Part shown: positions 38,353-47,569 of the stretch, piece by piece
Layout: each line of letters begins with the position of its first letter
Position numbering within the stretch: position 1 is the stretch's first letter
IMG/VR virus record: IMGVR_UViG_3300042292_000345
Span: 13,326 to 77,325 of that record
DNA length: 64,000 bases
Reading direction: 5' to 3' (one strand)
From: a virus
The notes under the pieces: model-generated
Told to the model about the DNA's origin: nothing
The model's input: only the letters and a program-made list of their open reading frames with translations
Database searches by the model: none
Translations under genes and position numbers: made by a program

Positions 38353-40236
38353 ATGAAGTTGGTATACGACATAGAGACTGATGGTCTACTGCATGATTGT
38401 ACTAGAATGTGGATTCTACGTGCAGAAGATGTAACAACAAAAGAGAAGTATAGGTTCCTTGAAGGTGACTTTGGCTGGAAAGAGCTATTCAATAACGCTG
38501 AAATGCTAATAGGTCATAATATAATTTCCTATGATAACATGGTATTAAAGAAATTATTTAATTATGATATTTCACCTGATGTAAAAGTAGTAGATACTTT
38601 ATTACTATCTATGATATTAGACTATATGAGATTTAAAGGTCTAGGTCATAGTTTAGAAAGATGGGGCGAAGCACTAGGCTACCCTAAGATAGACTACCAT
38701 GATTGGTCGCAGTATTCTGAAGAGATGGATATCTATTGTGAACGAGACGTTTCATTAAATGTCAGAGTTCTAGCAAATCTTAACAGAGAATTTCAGCTAG
38801 CTCCTAACAGAGAGTTGCTTTCAAAATATATAAGATGCGAACATATTGCTGCTACTTTTGTAGCTAAAGCAAATCTGAAAGGTTGGCGTATTAATATGGA
38901 GAAGGCTATCACTCTGAGAGATAAGCTAGAAGCTGAAAAAGCAGCTATTGTAGAAGCTCTAGAAGCTGATCTAGGTATCCGCGCAGTTGCTACTGATCTT
39001 AAACTAGGAGATGTAAAAGTACATGAACCTAAATTTACTAAGTATGGTACATATGTAAAATATCAGGCTGATTGGTTTGGTATTCAACCTGAAGATGCTT
39101 ATCAAGAAGATGAAAGTAAAGATATTCTTGGAGGCGCTTATTGTAGAGTAGAGTTCAGACCTCTAAAGCTGAATAGTGTAGCTGATGTAAAAGTTTATTT
39201 GTTCAGACTAGGTTGGGTACCTACTCAATTTAATGTGAAAATACTTGAAGATAATAGTAGAGTAAATACTACTCCTAAAATAACTGAGGATTCAATAGAG
39301 TTCTTAGGAGAAAAAGGAAGAATGTATCTAGATTATTTAACTATTAGTTCAAGACTGTCGATTGTAAAAACTTGGGTAGAGGAGGAGAAAAATGGAAGAG
39401 TGCATGGAGATTGTTTCACTATTGGTACTCCTAGCATGCGGGCTAGGCACAGTATCATTGTCAATGTTCCCGCTGTCAAGTCTAAGTATGGTGGTGAGAT
39501 GCGCGATCTTTTCATTGCTGATGAAGGAAAGAAAATCATTGGAGCTGACTCTGCTGGTAATCAGGCTAGGGGTTTAGCGCACTTTATTAATGATGAAAGC
39601 TTTACTAAGCTTTTATTAGAAGAAGATATTCATCAATTCAATGCTAATGCACTTACAGAAGTGCTTAGAGATTCCCTTCAAATGGATCACGAGGTATCGA
39701 GAGATCGTGCTAAAAGAATTTTATATGCTTTTCTCTTTGGTGCTTCAGGTGCTAAACTCTGGAGTTATGTATTTGATTATTTTGATCCTGATAAGGGAAA
39801 TATTCTAAAAGATGGCTTTACAGCTAAAGTACCAGGATTTAAAGCACTTGTTGATAGTCTTAACAAAGAGTTTAAGAACAGTAAGGTAATCAAAGATGGC
39901 AAGCGTGATAAAAACGGCTATATACGTAGCCTTGCTGGTAATAAGTTATGGATTGGCGGTAGGCATAAGTTGCTTGTATATCTGCTACAGTCAGCTGAAA
40001 AAATCACTTGTTGCTCGGCTATAAAGTGGTTCAGTGAAAAGATGGAAGAAGAAGGAATTCCTTATGAACCTTTGATATTCTATCATGATGAAATACAATT
40101 TCAAGTAGATGAAATATATGCTAAAAGATCTGCTGAAATTGCTGCAATGGCCTTTAAAGAAGGTCCAAAAGAGTTTGGAGTCACTATCATGGATGGTGAA
40201 GCCAAGATTGGTAATAGTTGGTATGAAACACATTAA
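38353..40236 (+). CDS. Family A DNA polymerase with 3'-5' exonuclease (T7 gp5-like)
   Basis: YDIETDG, GHNIISYD, YCERDV; motif A DSAGNQAR, motif B RDRAKRILYAFLFG, motif C HDE; ATG 38353 follows GGAG. Confidence 0.95.
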   Translation: MKLVYDIETDGLLHDCTRMWILRAEDVTTKEKYRFLEGDFGWKELFNNAEMLIGHNIISYDNMVLKKLFNYDISPDVKVVDTLLLSMILDYMRFKGLGHSLERWGEALGYPKIDYHDWSQYSEEMDIYCERDVSLNVRVLANLNREFQLAPNRELLSKYIRCEHIAATFVAKANLKGWRINMEKAITLRDKLEAEKAAIVEALEADLGIRAVATDLKLGDVKVHEPKFTKYGTYVKYQADWFGIQPEDAYQEDESKDILGGAYCRVEFRPLKLNSVADVKVYLFRLGWVPTQFNVKILEDNSRVNTTPKITEDSIEFLGEKGRMYLDYLTISSRLSIVKTWVEEEKNGRVHGDCFTIGTPSMRARHSIIVNVPAVKSKYGGEMRDLFIADEGKKIIGADSAGNQARGLAHFINDESFTKLLLEEDIHQFNANALTEVLRDSLQMDHEVSRDRAKRILYAFLFGASGAKLWSYVFDYFDPDKGNILKDGFTAKVPGFKALVDSLNKEFKNSKVIKDGKRDKNGYIRSLAGNKLWIGGRHKLLVYLLQSAEKITCCSAIKWFSEKMEEEGIPYEPLIFYHDEIQFQVDEIYAKRSAEIAAMAFKEGPKEFGVTIMDGEAKIGNSWYETH

Positions 40237-40244
40237 GGGGATTT

Positions 40245-40541
40245 ATGAACACACAAGAAGCATTACTAGTAATGGTTGCTGAGGAAGCAGCTGAAGTTGC
40301 ACAAGCAGCATGTAAGTGCCTAAGATTTACTCCAAATCACGTTTATAGTGAGTATAAGAAAAGTAATATGGATAGGCTTTTAGAAGAACTAACAGATCTG
40401 ACAGCAACTGTTGGATTACTTATGTCTAATATTAACAAAGAGGATATAGATATGGAGTTGATAAGTGAAAGTACTAGAATAGCAATGCAACGTAAAATTA
40501 AAAGCCTACAAGTATCTAAAATTGTAGGAGCAGTAAAATGA
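40245..40541 (+). CDS. MazG-like nucleotide pyrophosphohydrolase
   Basis: EEAAEVAQAACK..RF...LLEELTDL. Confidence 0.7.
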   Translation: MNTQEALLVMVAEEAAEVAQAACKCLRFTPNHVYSEYKKSNMDRLLEELTDLTATVGLLMSNINKEDIDMELISESTRIAMQRKIKSLQVSKIVGAVK

Positions 40542-41329
40542 GTCTATATGCACTAGTAGATGGTGATGTAATTGTTCATTTAAGCTGTCCTAGTAGAAGA
40601 GCTTTCCATGATATTGATCCAGATCTTCCAGATGATGAAGTTGAGTACTCTTTGGAAGATGATGAAAAGTATTTATCTGCTATCTTCTCAATCTACAAGA
40701 ATAAGATAAATAATATTGTTCAGACTCTTTTTGTAGATAAAGTTCTAGTAGCTGTAAAATCTGAAAGTAATTTTAGATATAATGTCTCATCAGCCTATAA
40801 GAGCCACCGTATTAATAAACCAGGTGGTGAAATGGTTGCTGCATTACGTAGACGAGTACTGGAAGAAAATCTAGCAGTATGCCTTCCAGACTACGAGGCA
40901 GACGATCAACTTAGAATCTGGGCTGAAACACTTAGGGAAATGGGAGACGATTTCATAGTTGTAACTATTGATAAAGATCTCAAAATGATTGGAGGAAACT
41001 TCTATAATCCTAAGAGTTGTATCTCATTTGAAGTCCTACCTAGAGAAGCAGCTTTTAACTATTATCAGCAAATTCTAATGGGTGATGCTGTTGATAACAT
41101 TAAGGGTATTCCTAAAATCGGTCCTAAAAAGTCTGAGAAAATACTAGATCATTGTAGAACTCATAAAGACTTTAAAGAGGCAGTAGACACTCAGTACATT
41201 ATGGCATTTGGAGATAATTGGATGCAAGAACTAGAAGTAACAGGTAAGCTTATTCATTTAAGTAGATTTATTGGAGACCAATTCAACCTAGAGGAGTGGT
41301 TTGATGACCGTTCAACAGCCGTTATTTAA
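40538..41329 (+). CDS. 5'-3' exonuclease / RNase H (T7 gp6-like)
   Basis: LVDGD, NFR....YK..R, EADD, DKDL, GDAVDNIKGIPKIGPKK. Confidence 0.9.
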   Translation: MSLYALVDGDVIVHLSCPSRRAFHDIDPDLPDDEVEYSLEDDEKYLSAIFSIYKNKINNIVQTLFVDKVLVAVKSESNFRYNVSSAYKSHRINKPGGEMVAALRRRVLEENLAVCLPDYEADDQLRIWAETLREMGDDFIVVTIDKDLKMIGGNFYNPKSCISFEVLPREAAFNYYQQILMGDAVDNIKGIPKIGPKKSEKILDHCRTHKDFKEAVDTQYIMAFGDNWMQELEVTGKLIHLSRFIGDQFNLEEWFDDRSTAVI

Positions 41330-41756
41330 TGGTCACTGGAGTTTTGAAGAACCTATGGGCGGTGCTGGCTATGTTGGTTTTATTTATATTATCAAGATAT
41401 GGCCAGAAGGTAAGTTATATCTAGGTAAGAAACATTACCAAGTATCTAGAGGTAAATCGAAAGGGGATGAATCTAATTGGAGATTCTATTGTTCTAGTAG
41501 TGATGCTATGAAGAAAATCGTATCTATCTACGGAATGCAGGATTTAGAATTCATTTGCCTTGAGCAATACAAGACTAAGTCAGGCCTAAGCTATGCTGAA
41601 ACTAAGTCTTTAGTATTAGTAGACGCGCCTTTAACTGATATGTGGCTTAATAAGAGAATTGAAGAAGTCGCATGGAATGTAAAAGAGCCAATGTCTGATC
41701 GACACTACAACAAACTGATGGAGATGAATTTGTGGCGACAAAAGGCACATTCGTAA
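41301..41756 (+). CDS. GIY-YIG family endonuclease (T4 endonuclease II-like)
   Basis: GFIYII....LYLGKK..ESNWRFYCSSS..YAE. Confidence 0.75.
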   Translation: MMTVQQPLFNGHWSFEEPMGGAGYVGFIYIIKIWPEGKLYLGKKHYQVSRGKSKGDESNWRFYCSSSDAMKKIVSIYGMQDLEFICLEQYKTKSGLSYAETKSLVLVDAPLTDMWLNKRIEEVAWNVKEPMSDRHYNKLMEMNLWRQKAHS

Positions 41757-43384
41757 GACACACACACTGTGACAAATGCGGTAGTAGTGATGCCAAAGCT
41801 TTATATAGTAATGGTAGCGCTTTCTGCTTTAAATGTGGTAAGTACTTTAAATCCGAGGAAGAAGAAGTGCAAGCAACTAAGATAGTGGTAAATAAGAAAG
41901 ATGATAGCGCAAGAATTGACGATATCCTGAAATTACCTTTTAAAGGGATGGCATCCAGAAAAATAACCAAGGAGATATTTGAGTTCTTTGAAGTCAGGAG
42001 TGAAGTAAATGAAGACGGTAGTATTAAGAAGCATTTTTATCCTTACGGGGATGATGCCTTTAAAGTTAGAACGATTGAAGATAAAAGATTTCAATGGATC
42101 AACAACTCTACCACCTTATTTGGAATGGATAAATTTCAGCAAGGTGGTAGAAGACTTATTATAACTGAAGGTGAGCTAGATGCTATGAGTGTAGCGCAAG
42201 CATGTTTACTTAAGTATGATAAGATCTTTCCTGTTATCTCTTTACAGAGTGCTACAGGTAAGAAGTCATTTGCTGCAAATCGTGATTGGATCATGAGCTT
42301 TGGAGAGATTATTCTTTTCTTTGATCAAGATGAAGCAGGTAAAGAAGCACTAGAATATGCAATTAAGGCTTTAGATATTAGTAAGTTAAAGATTGTAGAA
42401 AGTCCTGAAAAGGATGCTAGTGATATGCTAGTCAAACATGGTGTTGAACCTTTATATAAATGTATCTGGGAGGCTCATAAATATGTGCCAGCTGGATTTA
42501 TTAGTAAAGATGAGATCTGGAAAAGACTAGTAGAGTATAACGAAAAGCCGTCTATCAAGTATCCTCCATGTCTTGAAGGTATTAATACTAAGACTAAAGG
42601 CTATCGTGATGGTGAGATTGATTTGTTTATATCAGGTACTGGCAGTGGTAAGAGTACCTTAATTAGAGAAATCATTTTATCAGCACTTGAGAATACAGAT
42701 CGTATGGTAGGTGTCATGGCACTGGAAGAATCACCAGAAGAAACTGTTAGAAAACTAGTAGCCATGAAGCTATGTACTAATCCTGTGTATCAACCATTAA
42801 CACCTGATGAAATGCATGCACCATATCAGGAGCTGATGAAAGATGACAGATTGATGTTACTTGATCATCAAGGTGCTATTTCAGATATTGGTAGTATTGC
42901 TAGTAAATTAGAGTATATGGCTTTGATGGGTTGTAAAAGTATCTTTATTGACCATATAACTATGCTAGTGAGTGAAGGTACTGAAGAACTAACAGGTAAT
43001 GAAGCTACTGATAAGATTATGAATATGCTGCTTAGGTTTAGTAAAAAGCATAATGTTCATGTTGGTGTTGTTTCACATTTAAGAAAAGCACCAAATGGTT
43101 CTAAATCATTTGAAGAGGGTAAGATACCTTCTGTAGATGATATCAGAGGTTCTGGTAGTATTAAACAAGTTTCTCATACAATTATTGCATTTGCTAGAAA
43201 CCTAGTAGCAGATACAGCAGAGGAACAAAATGTAATTAAGATAAGTATACTTAAGTGCAGATTTACGGGTCTTACAGGTGCTGTTAGAGGTTCTAGATAT
43301 ATACCAGATACTGGTAGGCTAGAAATGAATGACGAGTCATTGAATGAAATTAGTTCACTATTTGATTATAAGGAAGAAGGATGA
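41732..43384 (+). CDS. Primase-helicase (T7 gp4-like)
   Basis: Zn finger CDKCGSSDA..CFKC, TOPRIM ITEGELDA and FDQDEAG, Walker A SGTGSGKS, IDHI, DIRGSGSIKQ. Confidence 0.95.
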   Translation: MATKGTFVRHTHCDKCGSSDAKALYSNGSAFCFKCGKYFKSEEEEVQATKIVVNKKDDSARIDDILKLPFKGMASRKITKEIFEFFEVRSEVNEDGSIKKHFYPYGDDAFKVRTIEDKRFQWINNSTTLFGMDKFQQGGRRLIITEGELDAMSVAQACLLKYDKIFPVISLQSATGKKSFAANRDWIMSFGEIILFFDQDEAGKEALEYAIKALDISKLKIVESPEKDASDMLVKHGVEPLYKCIWEAHKYVPAGFISKDEIWKRLVEYNEKPSIKYPPCLEGINTKTKGYRDGEIDLFISGTGSGKSTLIREIILSALENTDRMVGVMALEESPEETVRKLVAMKLCTNPVYQPLTPDEMHAPYQELMKDDRLMLLDHQGAISDIGSIASKLEYMALMGCKSIFIDHITMLVSEGTEELTGNEATDKIMNMLLRFSKKHNVHVGVVSHLRKAPNGSKSFEEGKIPSVDDIRGSGSIKQVSHTIIAFARNLVADTAEEQNVIKISILKCRFTGLTGAVRGSRYIPDTGRLEMNDESLNEISSLFDYKEEG

Positions 43385-44412
43385 GTGTAAGTATATTATC
43401 ACCTAATTATGTAGGTGCAAAACCAACAATGTTGATCCCTAAAGAAACGTACACGTACGATTATCCTCGGGCAATTGAGTTTGCTAAAGAACAAGTTAAG
43501 ATTCTTTGGCCACCTGATGAGATTGATGTAACAAAAGATATTCACGATATTAAGACAAGGCTTACAGAGGCTGAATATCACGGAATGGTTACTGTGTTAA
43601 AGTTATTTACACTGTATGAACAAAAAGTCGGACAAGACTACTGGGCAGGTTATTTCTGTAAAGTATTCAAGAGACCTGATTTAAGACGTATGGCTAATTG
43701 TTTTAGTTTCTTTGAAGATAATATTCATGCAGTATTCTACAATCGCATTAATGAACTACTAGGTCTTAATACAGATGAATTTTATTCGTCTTATAAAGAT
43801 ATTGAAGTTCTTGCAGGGCGTATGAAGTTTATTGAGGAGCTTGTTGGAAAGAAACATGATATCAACGATATTTTAGTATCAGTTGGTACTATGAGTATGA
43901 TTGAAGGTGCTATCTTGTTTGAGGGCTTCTCTTACATTAAACATTTCAATAGTACTGGTAAGAGTAAATTACTTACATTAAACAGTGGTATTGACTTTTC
44001 TATTGATGATGAGAGTATTCATGCACTAGCAGGTGCTTGGTCTTTCAATCAGCTACTTCATGAAGCAGTAACAGTTGAGGTAGCAGAGTTAGATCTTGAT
44101 TATGTACATGATACCTTAATTAAGAATGCTGAATGGCTATACGAGCATGAGTGTCTTATTAATGATAAGATTTATGAGAAAGGGGAGCCTGATAATATCA
44201 GTAAAAAGGCTTCTAATATCTTCATTGGTCACAGATTGAACAGATGCTTAGAGAACATGAATCTTCCTACTATCTTTAGTGAAGAAGGTAATAGTATTGC
44301 TAAATGGTTCTATAGGGATCTTAAATCTAGTGTCCTACATGACACATTCATTACACAGGGCTCTGATTATTCAAGAGCATGGAACAGAGATAAATTTGGA
44401 TGGAAAAAATAA
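43381..44412 (+). CDS. nrdB: Class I ribonucleotide reductase beta subunit
   Basis: W.P.EI, FEDNIHAVFY with radical Tyr, IEGAILF, DESIH. Confidence 0.9.
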   Translation: MSVSILSPNYVGAKPTMLIPKETYTYDYPRAIEFAKEQVKILWPPDEIDVTKDIHDIKTRLTEAEYHGMVTVLKLFTLYEQKVGQDYWAGYFCKVFKRPDLRRMANCFSFFEDNIHAVFYNRINELLGLNTDEFYSSYKDIEVLAGRMKFIEELVGKKHDINDILVSVGTMSMIEGAILFEGFSYIKHFNSTGKSKLLTLNSGIDFSIDDESIHALAGAWSFNQLLHEAVTVEVAELDLDYVHDTLIKNAEWLYEHECLINDKIYEKGEPDNISKKASNIFIGHRLNRCLENMNLPTIFSEEGNSIAKWFYRDLKSSVLHDTFITQGSDYSRAWNRDKFGWKK

Positions 44413-44413
44413 T

Positions 44414-46132
44414 ATGAGTACGATTTATGATAAATTAGATCTTGAAAGACATGCCCTTCAAAAAGAAGGTAAGTTACCTTTATGGTTCAAAACAGCAGGC
44501 TGGCAGTTATTTAAAGAGAAAGTAGCAACAGAAGAGTACCCTGATTTTCTATCAGTAACTAAAAGAGTAGCAGATGCTGCTGCTAAATTTACTGATGAAC
44601 CTTCATTCTATAGTGAAAAGTTCTTTGAGATTATCTGGAATGGTTGGTTAGGTATGTCAACACCTGTAATGTGTAATATGGGTGTTCCTAGTGGTAAGGC
44701 ACAAGCAGTATCTTGCAGTGGTGGTACAGTTAAAGATTCAGTAGCAGCATTCTATGATTCATTGAAAGAGTGTGCTTTGCTATCTCAGCAAGCTTATGGT
44801 ACTAGCTACTATTTAGGTGAGATTAGACCTAGAGGAGCAGCTATTAGTGGCGTAAAGGGCACGGCAAGTGGCCCATTGAATGTATTTGAGGATATTATTA
44901 AAGTAGCTCAACATATTACGCAAGGGTATCAAAGACGTGGTGCAGTAGCCTCTTATATCGAGATAGATCATCCTGATGCAAGAGAGATATTAACTTTCTG
45001 CAAGAACAACCCAGAGGATGCTAATTTGGGTTGGTGCATTAGTGATGCTTTTATTGATAAACTCAAAGCTGGTGACAAAGAAGCAAATGAGATGTTAAAA
45101 GATGTTATTATGCTACGTATGTTTCCTGGTATCGGATATATGATGTTCCCTGATAAGATCAATCGTAAACCAGTAGCAGCTTATGAAAGAAGAGGAATTA
45201 AAGTAAGAGCATCTAATCTATGCACTGAAATTGCTCTTTTCTCTGGAACAGATCATACAACTGGAAAAGAGTATACTTTTAGCTGTGTATTATCTTCTAT
45301 GAATGCAGCAACCTTTGATGAATGGAAAGATACTAATGCAGTATTCTTTGCAACAGTATTCTTAGATTGTATCAATCAAAGTCAAATTGAAGGTCTGAAA
45401 GGTAAGCCTACATTTGAAAAGATTGTAAACTTTGCTGAAGATACTAGAGCACTTGGCTTGGGTCTGATGGGTTTCCATACTTATCTTCAAGCTAATAACA
45501 TGGAGTATGCTGAGCTACAGTCACAATTCAAACTAAGAGAAATTTTAGGTCATATGAATTCTGAAAGCTTAAGAGCATCTCAATGGATGGCTAAGAACTG
45601 GGGTGAGCCTGAATGGTGTAAAGGACTAGGTCTTAGAAATACGCATAGAATGTGTATTGCGCCTAACTTATCTTCTTCACTAATTCTTGGTGGTGTCTCT
45701 CAGGGTATTGGTCCGATCTATAAGAATGCTTACGTTCAGCTAACACCTGTAGGTAAAGTTGAGAGAGCTTCACCAGCGTTAATGAAGATCATGAAAGAAC
45801 GTGGAATTGACTTCGAAAAGGCTTCTGAAAGAATTGTTAATAATGGAGGGTCAGTTCAATATGAGGACTATTTAACTGATAAAGAAAAGCAAGTATTTCT
45901 AACAGCCTTTGAGATCAATCAATTTGATATTCTTAGAATGGCAAGTATTGCTCAAAGAGACTTAGATCAGATGCAAAGCATTAATCTATATTTTGCGGCT
46001 GAAGAAGATGAGGAATATATACGTGATGTTCATCAAGCTGCAATAGAAGATGAGTATATACATTCATTGTATTATGTAAGAGGTACCAAAGGCGTTAGTA
46101 CACATAAAGAATGTACTAGTTGTCACGGGTAG
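44414..46132 (+). CDS. nrdA: Class I ribonucleotide reductase alpha subunit (short, no ATP cone)
   Basis: STPV..N.G, VSC, RRGA, SNLCTEI, CVLSS, RALGLG, IAPN.SSS, SLYY, C-terminal CTSC. Confidence 0.93.
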   Translation: MSTIYDKLDLERHALQKEGKLPLWFKTAGWQLFKEKVATEEYPDFLSVTKRVADAAAKFTDEPSFYSEKFFEIIWNGWLGMSTPVMCNMGVPSGKAQAVSCSGGTVKDSVAAFYDSLKECALLSQQAYGTSYYLGEIRPRGAAISGVKGTASGPLNVFEDIIKVAQHITQGYQRRGAVASYIEIDHPDAREILTFCKNNPEDANLGWCISDAFIDKLKAGDKEANEMLKDVIMLRMFPGIGYMMFPDKINRKPVAAYERRGIKVRASNLCTEIALFSGTDHTTGKEYTFSCVLSSMNAATFDEWKDTNAVFFATVFLDCINQSQIEGLKGKPTFEKIVNFAEDTRALGLGLMGFHTYLQANNMEYAELQSQFKLREILGHMNSESLRASQWMAKNWGEPEWCKGLGLRNTHRMCIAPNLSSSLILGGVSQGIGPIYKNAYVQLTPVGKVERASPALMKIMKERGIDFEKASERIVNNGGSVQYEDYLTDKEKQVFLTAFEINQFDILRMASIAQRDLDQMQSINLYFAAEEDEEYIRDVHQAAIEDEYIHSLYYVRGTKGVSTHKECTSCHG

Positions 46133-46140
46133 TAAACATT

Positions 46141-46165
46141 GGGGGTGCTTTCGAGCGCCCCTTTT
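46141..46165 (+). terminator. Intrinsic terminator
   Basis: GGGGTGCT-TTCG-AGCGCCCC-TTTT. Confidence 0.75.
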
Positions 46166-46178
46166 ATTCGGAGATTCT

Positions 46179-46382
46179 ATGAAACTTAAAAACAATCACA
46201 CATATGTTACACGTAATGGCAAGATGAGAATTCAAGTAAAGAAAACTCATGACTTATTTGAAGAGTATTTTAAGGCTGATATGGAGGGTCTGCCAGGTCT
46301 TATATGGAGTGTTGAAGGTAAGTTTCTTAGTCCTTTTAGTGGCTATGAACATTTAGATTTAATCCAAGAATCAAGAAAATAA
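46179..46382 (+). CDS. Small paralog-family protein (Y.TRNG...W...G...DL.E)
   Basis: YVTRNG..WSVEGK..LDLIQE, shared with 49131, 49538 and 51301. Confidence 0.7.
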   Translation: MKLKNNHTYVTRNGKMRIQVKKTHDLFEEYFKADMEGLPGLIWSVEGKFLSPFSGYEHLDLIQESRK

Positions 46383-46385
46383 AAC

Positions 46386-46411
46386 GCGCAAAAGGGGGTA
46401 TCTTATATGAA
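46386..46411 (+). promoter_or_regulatory. Candidate phage RNAP promoter, copy 3
   Basis: GCGCAAAAGGGGGTATCTTATATGAA, same spacing as copies 1 and 2. Confidence 0.65.
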
Positions 46412-46449
46412 ACAATAAAAGATATCCCTTTTTAATTTGGAGTATAACA

Positions 46450-46622
46450 TGAATACATTTGATATATTGGCTTTAAGACAGTCTGAAATAATCTACGTGA
46501 AAAATCGTGGACCACAGTTACATTTCTCAAAGATTATAAATCTATTGGGAATGCAACGAGCAGCTAAAGGCACTGTCCGTAAGTATTACCATAACGGTAA
46601 CACAATTACAATTTATAACTAG
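46450..46622 (+). CDS. Hypothetical protein
   Basis: ORF after promoter copy 3 with GGAG RBS; start approximate. Confidence 0.55.
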
Positions 46623-46631
46623 GAGAATAAC

Positions 46632-46862
46632 ATGAGAACAATTTATAGTTTTAACCTTTATCCATTAACAATCGCTCAGTTACATTCTTTGACTATCCAA
46701 GTGCATAGACTAAGAAATATTGGAGATTATAGAATTAATTTCGTAATGGATGAAGATGACAAGATCTACGCTGAAGTAGGGCTAGATAACGAAAAAGGTA
46801 GTACTATAGAAATATGGCTATTTTCGATAGACGAAATCGTAGCTACACTTAAATTGAAATAG
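46632..46862 (+). CDS. Hypothetical protein
   Basis: 76 aa; flanked by identical TAGGAGAATAACATGAGAA junctions. Confidence 0.7.
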   Translation: MRTIYSFNLYPLTIAQLHSLTIQVHRLRNIGDYRINFVMDEDDKIYAEVGLDNEKGSTIEIWLFSIDEIVATLKLK

Positions 46863-46871
46863 GAGAATAAC

Positions 46872-47072
46872 ATGAGAAGCAATAAATTCCTTGTCGGCAC
46901 AACTTGGGAAGATGGTTATAAAAGTAAACTAACAGTAAAGTTTAACGACCATGATGTACTAGTAGTAAAGGTAGAAATGTTAAATGGTACTGTTCGTGAT
47001 CGTATTCTAAACAAGGACGGGACAACAGATAAAGATACACGTCAATCAATTAAACAAGGCTGGAGAGGATAA
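46872..47072 (+). CDS. Hypothetical protein
   Basis: 66 aa, AGGAG RBS. Confidence 0.7.
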   Translation: MRSNKFLVGTTWEDGYKSKLTVKFNDHDVLVVKVEMLNGTVRDRILNKDGTTDKDTRQSIKQGWRG

Positions 47073-47073
47073 C

Positions 47074-47283
47074 ATGAAAGAACAAGTACAAGTAATTTTA
47101 GGTAGATTCAGTTATGGATCATTCTTAATAGGTATGATTGTATCAGCAGCGATAGCAGCAGTAGTTATGAAAGACTATCAGCTAGTACATAGTACTAAAA
47201 TCGGAGGAGTAGTAATCGAAGGAGATAGGATCTTTGAACTGGTAGAACTAAGCGACCCTTCACAGGGCGTGGTAAGAAAATAA
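47074..47283 (+). CDS. Small membrane protein
   Basis: FLIGMIVSAAIAAVVM hydrophobic segment. Confidence 0.65.
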   Translation: MKEQVQVILGRFSYGSFLIGMIVSAAIAAVVMKDYQLVHSTKIGGVVIEGDRIFELVELSDPSQGVVRK

Positions 47284-47307
47284 TATAATTATAATTTGGA
47301 GAACATC

Positions 47308-47466
47308 ATGAACGAAACAATGGTACAACAAGCGCAAGAAAAAATAGAAGTTAAACTCGAACAAATGAGACTAGAGCACGAACAAAGAATTCTTGAAATG
47401 CATCAAGAAGTAAATATTGAAGCTAGAATGTCAGATCTTTTAGCGCAGTATGGATTGAACGTTTAA
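47308..47466 (+). CDS. Small coiled-coil protein (52 aa, not in ORF track)
   Basis: GGAG RBS; MNETMVQQAQEKIEVKLEQMRLEHEQRILEM. Confidence 0.6.
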   Translation: MNETMVQQAQEKIEVKLEQMRLEHEQRILEMHQEVNIEARMSDLLAQYGLNV

Positions 47467-47498
47467 CAATTTTACATGAGGCTCCTACCTCCCCACTC

Positions 47499-47558
47499 GA
47501 CTTTGATAGATTCCCTTAACGGGGAGTCTATCAAAGTCACTTTTTATTTTTTTTTTTT
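47499..47558 (+). terminator. Long hairpin plus T12 tract
   Basis: GACTTTGATAGATTCCC...GGGAGTCTATCAAAGTC, T12 at 47547-47558. Confidence 0.75.
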
Positions 47559-47569
47559 CAGGTCATACA

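Noticed and set aside
44279-44413. N-terminal extension of NrdA given by the ORF track
   Set aside because: Overlaps nrdB by 134 bp; ATG 44414 right after the nrdB stop is more plausible
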